Assembly (NCBI GenBank): GCA_030167865.1
Contig: JALAGF010003400.1
Location: 1 to 64,000 of the forward strand
DNA: 64,000 nucleotides
Direction of reading: 5' to 3'
From: Craspedostauros australis
Lineage: Eukaryota
Shown here: positions 56,313-64,000 of the stretch, piece by piece
Numbering within the stretch: the stretch's first letter is position 1
Layout of the letters: each line of letters starts with the position of its first letter
The notes under the pieces: model-generated
What the model was told of the DNA's origin: nothing
What the model saw: only the letters and a program-made list of their open reading frames with translations
Database searches by the model: none
Position numbers and translations under genes: made by a program

Positions 56313-57386
56313 TCACTCTGGCAACTGCATCTGACGTTTGCACCGCTTGCATACCATCGCATTGTTTGAAAAGCGATGCAACGCGGCTTTCACCTGTCCA
56401 CAGTTGGAACACATCATGCCGCATCCAGCGTCTGGCGTTGCTGTCGGCGTTGACTTGGTACTCGATTCTCCTGGAACTTGCACAACCTCCTCATTCTTTG
56501 GAGACGGATCGTTTATTCGCTTCGCGGAAGATGGATTCAGCTCTGTCTCCGTCTTTGACGGCACCTTGGACTTCGAAGTCTTTGTTGTCTGCAACAAAGC
56601 CTTCTGAAACGCAAGTTCCCATGATTGGGTGAGGTGGCACCCATCCGCACCCGTCGTGCAATCCGCGCACGGGCCGCCTTGCGTCAGAAACATCGGTGGG
56701 CTCGGCAAGGTTATGCGGATATCCTGCTTTGCATCTTCGCCATCCTCTTGTTGCTGTTGCAAACCATCGTGAGCACCTTGCACCAGCTCAAGGCACAGGG
56801 TCCAATCCGCAGCCCGATTGCCTGCCACCTCGTCCCATCGTGCGACGGATGCTTGTTCGTCTTCGGCATTCCTTTCTTCGCAGTACTCCTTGGCCAGCTG
56901 CAGCGGCGTGCGTTGATCCCGATCCCGCGCATCCAGCGCCTGCGCCAAACGATCGCGAGCCTTCAATTCTTGCAGCAGCAGCGACACCGCCAGATGCCGT
57001 CCACCCGCAACGGCCTTGTGCAACGGCGTCATGGCATCTCCGAAGCTCATATCCTTCGCCAGAATGTCGCAGGCACCATGTCCCAACAGCAGCCGCATCG
57101 TCGCAACGGCTCCAGCGAACGATGCCCGGTGCAACGGCGTGGCTCCGCCGCTGGCTTCGACGGAGCATCCCAGCTGCAGCAGGAGGCTCGTCGCGGCGAC
57201 GTGTCCATGCTGCGCGCTGTAGTGCAGCGGCGTGTATCCTGCTGCATCGCGAGCCTTCGCAATGTCTTTGCGAGCGGCGAGGGCGTGCAGATCGCCGAAT
57301 TCCGCGGCCGTGAACGACGAGAGGGACGACGTGACGTACTTGCAGGGGCATGAGCGTGGGTGGTGGCTTTTGCTCATCGCTTTCAT
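56313..57386 (-). CDS. Ankyrin-repeat protein, ANKRD39-like, with C-terminal CxxC...CxxC motif
   Basis: DAAGYTPLHYSAQHGH, GGATPLHRASFAG and MTPLHKAVAGG ankyrin repeats; tail CSNC-x16-CKRC. Confidence 0.85.
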   Translation of the reverse strand: MKAMSKSHHPRSCPCKYVTSSLSSFTAAEFGDLHALAARKDIAKARDAAGYTPLHYSAQHGHVAATSLLLQLGCSVEASGGATPLHRASFAGAVATMRLLLGHGACDILAKDMSFGDAMTPLHKAVAGGRHLAVSLLLQELKARDRLAQALDARDRDQRTPLQLAKEYCEERNAEDEQASVARWDEVAGNRAADWTLCLELVQGAHDGLQQQQEDGEDAKQDIRITLPSPPMFLTQGGPCADCTTGADGCHLTQSWELAFQKALLQTTKTSKSKVPSKTETELNPSSAKRINDPSPKNEEVVQVPGESSTKSTPTATPDAGCGMMCSNCGQVKAALHRFSNNAMVCKRCKRQMQLPE

Positions 57387-58011
57387 GCTTGATCGTCGTC
57401 GTGGTATTGGCTGCTTTGCCTTGCTTCCTTGCTTCCTTGCTTCTTGTTGTGTCTATACATGTATTGTGTTGTATGTGGGTACTTGTGTGGCAAGAGTACG
57501 ACTGTGGATCATGCCTTCTTCATCCCAACGCTCTTCTTGTTTGTGTGCTGGTCCACTGCATCGTTGTGTTTCAAGTCGAGATTGCGTGTGCTGTCGTGTT
57601 CTCTTCCTTTGTTCATGTTCGCGTGTATCAAGCACGCACATTTCGCCAAAAACGATCGTGCCATAGTCTACTTTCGTAGGATAGTCTACGGAAATTGTTC
57701 ACAAAAATGTGCGTTTGCTTCAGCGAAAACCGCAGAACGCGAAGGTTCCTGCATCATCCTCCTCCTTCTCCCTCCGACCGATGCTGTCAAACACAGAGTT
57801 GCCAAAAACACTGTTTCCGAGTTCCTGAGGCCCGGCTGCTGGTTGGTTCCCCACTCGCCCTCCTGCGGAGTGACCAGCAGGGGACTGCCAAAGCAGCCAT
57901 CGCAACGACAGTACTATTATTGTACTCTCCGAAACGATTACGTCATATTCTATTGCATTATAATCTATCACCTCCCCACGGGTGCTCGTACTTGACGTGT
58001 TGACATCAAGG

Positions 58012-60018
58012 ATGGCGACAGTCCTCTTCTCTTTGCTTGCATCCATCGGCGGTGGCGCCGAGGAAGACTCTCGCAAGGCCCTCAACAAGGTGTGCACCAA
58101 GCCTACCCATTCCCGCTCCTCATTCTTTGGTGCTGACTTCAGCATCTTCGCATACGCCACGGGTGCGAACAACAGCAACAGCAGCGGCCAGGCCAACAAG
58201 CACAAAGATGGGAGATTCTTTGTAGCATCTGCATCCGAGCTGCTGCTCTTCGTGGACGACCCCCAGAGTTCGAATGGTGGTCGAAAGATCAACGCAACTG
58301 GCGGTCAGAGAAATGGCCGTGCTGGCCACACCAGCGTCGCAAGTCCCGGCAGCAGCAGCAACAGCAACAGCAACAACAACACCGGTATGGGATACCATCG
58401 CAAACCGCTGCACGTCACGCTGGCTGCCATCTTCGTTCCACCTTGCCTCCTCGAAGGCGTGTTCCAAAAGCACACATCCGACACCCAATCGCATGCGCAT
58501 GGTTCATCGTTTTGGCTGGACGCGGATACATCGCGCAAGGTCACCGCGGATGTGTTACCCAGAATCCATCCATGTCTGGCCGCATGTTCCATACGAGGCA
58601 TCATACTCACGACGATCGCATCTGAGTTCGGTGCCACAGCCGAAGTGGTCCTTGTGGATATTTCGCATTCCAACGTGTCCTTTCAGCATCTCGCCACCAC
58701 GACCAACGGCAAATGCATGTCCGAGAAACCTCAATTCATCATCAAGATGTTGCCGTTGTCGCAGGTGCAGTTTTGCTCCAACGAGCAGATACAACGGAGG
58801 TTCGGCGAGACGAAACGACCGTGCCTTCCCACATGTCCTGTCTGCTTGCATCGCATCGACACGGCCCGTTTGGGGCTTCCCCAACCGAGGAACGAAGATC
58901 TGTGTTCCAAATTCTGCCCCTTCCCTGGACTATCGTACGCAGGCGAGAGAGCGTACGGCGGGCACTCAACGGACTGTCGGGACTTCTGCCCGAGACAACG
59001 AATCCTGAAGCGATGGCCATCCCCATCGCGGTGCACGCCCTGCAGCGTCATTGAGCATTACTGGCATCAACCGGAGCGCGAGAGCGAATACAGCAACCTC
59101 TTCTGCGCCGAGTGCGCCATGCACAAAACGCTGTGGGTGTGCCTCACGTGTGGATTCGTCGGATGCGGTCGGTACACCAACAAGCATTCGGTGGCGCACT
59201 TTCAACAGACCGGGCATCCGTACTCGTTGGAGCTTGCCACGTTGCGGATATGGGACTATGAAGACGGCGAGGCCGGCGGGTACGCACATCGCGTGGACTT
59301 CCTGGACTGTCCCTCCTCACCGCCGCTGGCATTGCCGTGGATGACGAGCTACGATCAATCCTCCGCGGCGGCAGCATCCGCAGTCACAGACACCTTGAGT
59401 CATGCGGGCATTGCACGCATGCGAGCCGAACAGCAGTATCCTGGTCAGTACTCGTACGCGGATGTCGAGAAAACTCCCAAGAAGGCCGTGATGATCGGGC
59501 AGGAGTACGAGGCCTTGTTGCAGAGCGCGCTGGAGGATCAGGCCATCTATTACGAAGGTGAGATGGCGCAGCTGGTTGCAGACCTGTCCGCGGCTGCAGC
59601 GGCCAAGGATATCATGACGGAAGACGAGCGCAGGGAAATTGAGCGACTAAAGGATGATATCGGCGGTCTACGCGGCGAGATCGGTCAAATGAGCACAACG
59701 TTGCTTGATGCGCAAGCGCAGGAGGCGCAACTTCGTACCGAGTCGCAACGGTTGCTTCGCGAGCAGCAAGTCACGAACGATGTTCTGTCCAAGCTGCAAG
59801 AAGAAGCAAGGTCGGAAACCGAGCGAGGCAAGATGCAGATGCAAGAGCTGGAGCAGCAGGTCGCCGATCTCACTGCCAACCTTCGCATGCGGCAGCAATT
59901 CTCGGAAAGCGCGGAACTGAACAACGCGCAGATCTTTGGTACCGTGGAGAACACTCCCAGCACGAATTCAAGATCATCGAAACGGGGAAAGAAGAAGGGG
60001 AGATTCGCGCGCCGATGA
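58012..60018 (+). CDS. BRAP: BRAP2/IMP-like protein (RING-like + UBP-type zinc finger + coiled coil)
   Basis: LPTCPVCL, CAEC...LWVCLTCGFVGCGRYTNKHSVAHFQQTGHPYSLELATLRIWDY, EYEALLQSALEDQAIYYE, then a coiled coil ending LEQQVADL. Confidence 0.88.
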   Translation: MATVLFSLLASIGGGAEEDSRKALNKVCTKPTHSRSSFFGADFSIFAYATGANNSNSSGQANKHKDGRFFVASASELLLFVDDPQSSNGGRKINATGGQRNGRAGHTSVASPGSSSNSNSNNNTGMGYHRKPLHVTLAAIFVPPCLLEGVFQKHTSDTQSHAHGSSFWLDADTSRKVTADVLPRIHPCLAACSIRGIILTTIASEFGATAEVVLVDISHSNVSFQHLATTTNGKCMSEKPQFIIKMLPLSQVQFCSNEQIQRRFGETKRPCLPTCPVCLHRIDTARLGLPQPRNEDLCSKFCPFPGLSYAGERAYGGHSTDCRDFCPRQRILKRWPSPSRCTPCSVIEHYWHQPERESEYSNLFCAECAMHKTLWVCLTCGFVGCGRYTNKHSVAHFQQTGHPYSLELATLRIWDYEDGEAGGYAHRVDFLDCPSSPPLALPWMTSYDQSSAAAASAVTDTLSHAGIARMRAEQQYPGQYSYADVEKTPKKAVMIGQEYEALLQSALEDQAIYYEGEMAQLVADLSAAAAAKDIMTEDERREIERLKDDIGGLRGEIGQMSTTLLDAQAQEAQLRTESQRLLREQQVTNDVLSKLQEEARSETERGKMQMQELEQQVADLTANLRMRQQFSESAELNNAQIFGTVENTPSTNSRSSKRGKKKGRFARR

Positions 60019-60376
60019 TGATTGTTGAGCAGTGCTATTTGTGCGCTTCTCTCCTGCTCTGTTTTGTGCAATGGACATGTGTACCTACTCACATCTCAGC
60101 ATCATCAGAACACGAACGACGATGTTAGATCTTGCGAGCAACGGAACTGCTTATATGGTGCGGGCGAGCATGCACGTCACATTCACATACATGTTGGTCG
60201 AAGAGCGCCAGGGCGTGTGCATCGTTCATTCTTGTCGAATGGCAGCAGTAGAAGCTACATGACAGAGACATGATCAGAGTATTCTGTACAATTCGACTTA
60301 ATTAATATAATACATCGCAACATGGGGCATCGCCCAGCTCGGTTGTTTCTCGTCGCTCTTTGAGCCCTTTCAAGTT

Positions 60377-61427
60377 TCACGGGTTGAGTAATTGCCACGA
60401 CTTGTCATCGTCCCAAAGCACATACTGCAATCTGTCCCGTGTGGTTTGCTTCTCCATCATCTGGGAATACCCGCTGCGCGTCTCCTTGATGTATCGAATG
60501 GTCTGTCAATTCATGCAGTCAAGACGGTTGAAGATAGTGGGAGAGGGAGAACAGAATGTGATTGTGAGTTTGCACCATTGTCAGAGCAGTGGTGCCATAC
60601 TATCGGGTTGAGGCTCGCTATCCAAGACAGTATGGCACCGTAGAGAGCAACACTACGGACGTCAGCATTGACCATCACGAGAGAACCTGCGTCGGTTCAA
60701 TGGATGGAACCAGCTCTTCTGTCCCAACAACCCTGACAAGCATTCGTTTCAACCATCGCTTGTCAGCCATTCAACGTATTTGGGCACTCACATAGTATGG
60801 ATTGTCGGGACCATCATCCAGATGGACAGCGAGAACATAGGCGTCATGATACCACACCTCTGTCCTTTTGTGAAAGTATGTCACCCTCTGGTTCTTGATG
60901 AAACGTCCCACCAACATGGCCTCGCATTCTCTAGTCTTCTGATTCTCCAGCAGTGACTCCTTCCACGAAAGCTGAGGCTTCGCAGGGGCTTCGCAATGAT
61001 TCTCCACGCCGTGGTCCCGCGATGCGTCAGCGGAATCAGCAGCAGAGGTGGTAGTGAGATTCTCATTTGCATGTTGCTGTTGTTGCTGCTCATGCTCGCC
61101 TTCCGTATCGTGCAAGGAACTTTTGCGGTGCTTGTGATCCTCTTCAAAGTTCGCACTTGATTCCGTTGGTTCGTTCTCGGTGCCATCCGCCTGACCGCTG
61201 GAGTTGCGGCCTCGTTTCGCAACCTTCGCTCGCGATGACTTCGATAACTTATGCGAGGATCTTGCGCTTCCGCTTGCACTTAATGTTGAGGCAGTCGTGA
61301 TGGGTGCTTGATCTGCGGATGAGCTGCCGGCCACATCTCCCAGGTCATTTGTATTGTGCTTGGCTTTGCCTTTCGACTTGCCCTTCCTCTTCTTGCGGTT
61401 GGGACTCAAATTGGCGAAGAAGCCCAT
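60377..61427 (-). CDS. Hypothetical protein with a C-terminal VHLDD-PYYTI-EKQT small beta domain; exons 61427-60792 and 60502-60377; about 253 aa
   Basis: A phase-0 gtgagt...gacag intron joins AVHLDDGPDNPYY/TIRYIK...MEKQTTRDRL. Exon 2 is absent from the ORF track. The N-terminus is MG plus a polybasic stretch. Confidence 0.75.
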
Positions 61428-62080
61428 CTTGCTCTGTTTGTTGCTGCTTCTGCTGTTGCAGGCTTCTTGCGATGTTAACGCTTTGTCCTTGATTTATGAG
61501 AAGGAGGCGCTCACTGCATGGAAGAGGCAATGGGACTGTTCTGTTGGTGTCATGATGCCTCTCGCTGGCGGTGTTGCTGTCGCTGTCGCTGTCGCTGGTG
61601 TCGATGACGATGATTTGATGCGGGCTTTGTGATGCGTTTGTGGCGTCAAGGTTGGTGAGGACATTTGAGAAGTTGTGAGGTTTGAACTTGGAAACGTTAA
61701 TTACACGTTGCGATTTGAGAAAGAAGAACAAACGGTCCAATGATAGAGTCGAACGGATCGAGGCAATATGAAAGTACTTTGGTAATCGGCCTTGTCCAAC
61801 ATGATCCAAAACAAGCACCATACATTCCACAGCGAAATTGTGTTTTTAATATTTGCAATACTGCTATTTCCACATCGGTTGAAGAAACCGTTCCAACACG
61901 CTCACTCCAATGCGCATCTGCTTTCTCCTGCGTGGGTTGTCCATCAAATCCTTCGCTGGCACAACTCTGCATGGATACTCTCCGCTACAAGTAGAGTACA
62001 CATGGTACAGATACCCACCAATTGACCAAGGCAGACTGCAGCTGCAACGAGTGGAAGCAAATCAGGTGTGATACCATACA

Positions 62081-63272
62081 ATGGCATCCCAAGCGCAAGA
62101 TGTGGCCGTGACCATGGCGATCGTGCTCGCGACGATGGTGGCTGTCGTGGGTGGTATCTCTGCGCTACAAACCCCATCGAAGGGTGCCGCATCGCGCTTC
62201 CTCCCGGACCGCACCACAGAGCCATCAAGATACGCCTACGAGATGTTCGTTATGATCTACACGCCGATTTGGATCTTCGTGTTCGGGATCGTCGTCGTCT
62301 TTCAGCTCTACGAGGACTTTGACGCGTGGATGTACATCAAGTTCTGCGGCGGGATGATGATGCCGTTGCTGTTGCAACCGATCGTCTACCCATCGGCCGG
62401 ATTCGATTCACCTGATCAGGCACGTCCATTGTTGGAACGCTATTCCTTCAAGGCCAACTTGTGGATTCTCGTGTATTCCTTCATTGGGAACTACTGGTAC
62501 ACGCATTGTAAGTCCCATGCAAGAAGTACAGGAAGGCGATTGATGTTGGTTCGGGTTGGAAAGGATTGGGGACACATGCAGAGATGCAGATGAGTTGTGT
62601 GGATGGGTTACATGGATGAGTTGTGTCAGGAAGGTTGTTGTAACGAATGAAGCGTAGAGGCTCAATCTCTTTGTCTCTCTCCTTGGCTTTCAGCTTCTCT
62701 TCGTTCACTCATCGATCGTTGCAACCCTTTACCCCTGCTCTTCGCTCCCCGCTGCAATGCATCGCACGAGTACTACGCGAACAGACTTCTACTCAGTCCT
62801 CAAGGCGTCGTATTCCATGCCAAGCCATCGATTGAACAACGTCCCGATAGCCATGATCTTCGCCACCCACTTCTACTTCTCCACCTACCACTTCTTTTCT
62901 AATGCCATCCTGCGCAAGATCACGACAACATACGCCGCCGGCGCGATGCGCACCGTCCTGTTTTGCAGTGCGATACTGGCGTTCTCCTACTTCACAGCCT
63001 TCATGGAGACGCTGACGATATCGTCGTATCCGTACTACGCCTTTGAGGATCGGGATATGGCGTACACTGTGGGGTCGGCATTCTACGGCATCTACTTCCT
63101 CGTGAGCTTTCCGGCGTTCTTTGCCTTCGACCCCAACGTGGACGATCCGAAGCAAACGTCAATGACGGTTTGGGAAGTGATTGTGTCGAGCTGCGGGTAC
63201 GGCATGATGATATTGAATCTGTTGGACTTCGTGCGATTGTATTTGGACATTCCGTTGACGGTTGGCGCATGA
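62081..63272 (+). CDS. CPI1: Cycloeucalenol cycloisomerase (cyclopropylsterol isomerase); exons 62081-62507 and 62785-63272; about 304 aa
   Basis: YTPIWI, KANLWILVYSFIGNYWYTH/YFYSVLKASY, NNVPIAM...THFYF and FTAFMET...GSAFYGIYFLVSFP; phase-1 GT-AG intron. Confidence 0.93.
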
Positions 63273-63774
63273 GATGTCGCAAGCGAGATACACAGTTATT
63301 GCAGGTCGTATCAACGCATCGAACATCACACGAGTATAATACTGTGAGGATAATTTCCACGCGAGCTGTTGAGAGCATTGGGAACGCAAGTCGCTGCGTG
63401 GTGCCTGCAGCAGGTTTAATAGTCTTACGAATATCGTAGCAGCACGTACTCTTGAGCATGTACTTGTAGAATCGAGTGTTGAAGCAAACTGCGGCGGATG
63501 CATGTGTCCAAATTGGTTTCGTTCTACGATGAGGGCTCTCGTGACACATACATATGGTATGTGGTATTAGTACAGTAGTATGATCGTCAGGCACACCTTG
63601 AGTGGAGCATGGCAAGTTGACACATAACTCAACTCAACTCAACTTGGCGCATGTATGGGCATGTCCATCGCTGATTGATAGAGAGTCCTGGAGTCGTTTC
63701 CACCCACGATCAATCAATGTATTCACTCATTCATCTCGGCCGTGCCATGCCATTCCACTGTGGATTTTTGCGAA

Positions 63775-64000
63775 TCAATCAGCGCCACCATTCATGTTGC
63801 GTTCATTTTCACGAACTTGATCCTCGAGAAGTTGCTGCATGGCCATCATCTCTTCGCGGTTGCCTTGCCCGTTGAAGCCCATGGCGATGGCCGCCTCACG
63901 TTGCCGTCTCAGTTCCACCTTGTGTTCTTGATTCTTGCGACGCAGCTTCTTGCCAGATTTTCGCGCTCCCTGCTCTGGCCTGTTGTTGCCATCATCAGCA
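63775..64000 (-). CDS. 3' end of a gene continuing beyond the window (partial)
   Basis: Open frame ...ARKSGKKLRRKNQEHKVELRRQREAAIAMGFNGQGNREEMMAMQQLLEDQVRENERNMNGGAD* ending in TGA at 63775. Confidence 0.65.
   Translation of the reverse strand, partial: ADDGNNRPEQGARKSGKKLRRKNQEHKVELRRQREAAIAMGFNGQGNREEMMAMQQLLEDQVRENERNMNGGAD

Noticed and set aside
13306-63272. Functional cluster of membrane-lipid and trafficking genes (SERINC, PI4K-gamma, FGDF protein, SMPD4, CPI1)
   Set aside because: Interspersed with unrelated genes on mixed strands; such categories are common and there is no synteny or co-expression evidence.
1-64000. tRNA, rRNA, snRNA, riboswitch or transposable element
   Set aside because: No cloverleaf, rRNA-like tract, transposase/RT ORF, LTR or terminal inverted repeat recognised by eye; a covariance-model scan would be needed to exclude small RNAs.

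Overview
Eukaryotic, intron-containing, moderately GC-rich genomic DNA, most likely from a diatom. The main clues are a nuclear IF-1 with a bipartite plastid presequence (SSAFTV), a bZIP-PAS factor, a FEA1/ISIP2-type protein, cycloeucalenol cycloisomerase and KxxK/RxL motifs in a secreted protein. About 22 protein-coding genes or gene fragments can be supported. Many needed manual GT-AG splicing, and several exons are missing from the ORF track. In order: GT47 exostosin (partial), C2 + U-box E3 ligase, stand-alone DHFR, TOM22/Tom9, bZIP-PAS with a discontinuous PAS fold, SERINC with an ATG-only first exon, ubiquitin-like-domain PI4K-gamma, COMT-like methyltransferase, membrane-anchored Nudix, CIA30/NDUFAF1, a 2470-aa acidic protein with about 40 FGxF motifs, a low-complexity hypothetical, plastid IF-1, a secreted mucin-like PTSA/Cys-rich protein, a cryptic alpha/beta-hydrolase-like gene, SMPD4, a two-lobed FEA1-like surface protein, a small hypothetical, ANKRD39-like, BRAP2-like, a PYYTI/EKQT-motif protein, CPI1 and a partial 3' gene end. 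No rRNA, tRNA, CRISPR array or transposon was recognised. The strongest leads are the mucin-like modular secreted protein, the FGDF-motif giant, the split PAS domain with an upstream cluster of bZIP sites, and the FEA1-like protein. All family calls come from motif recognition by eye; no searches were run.
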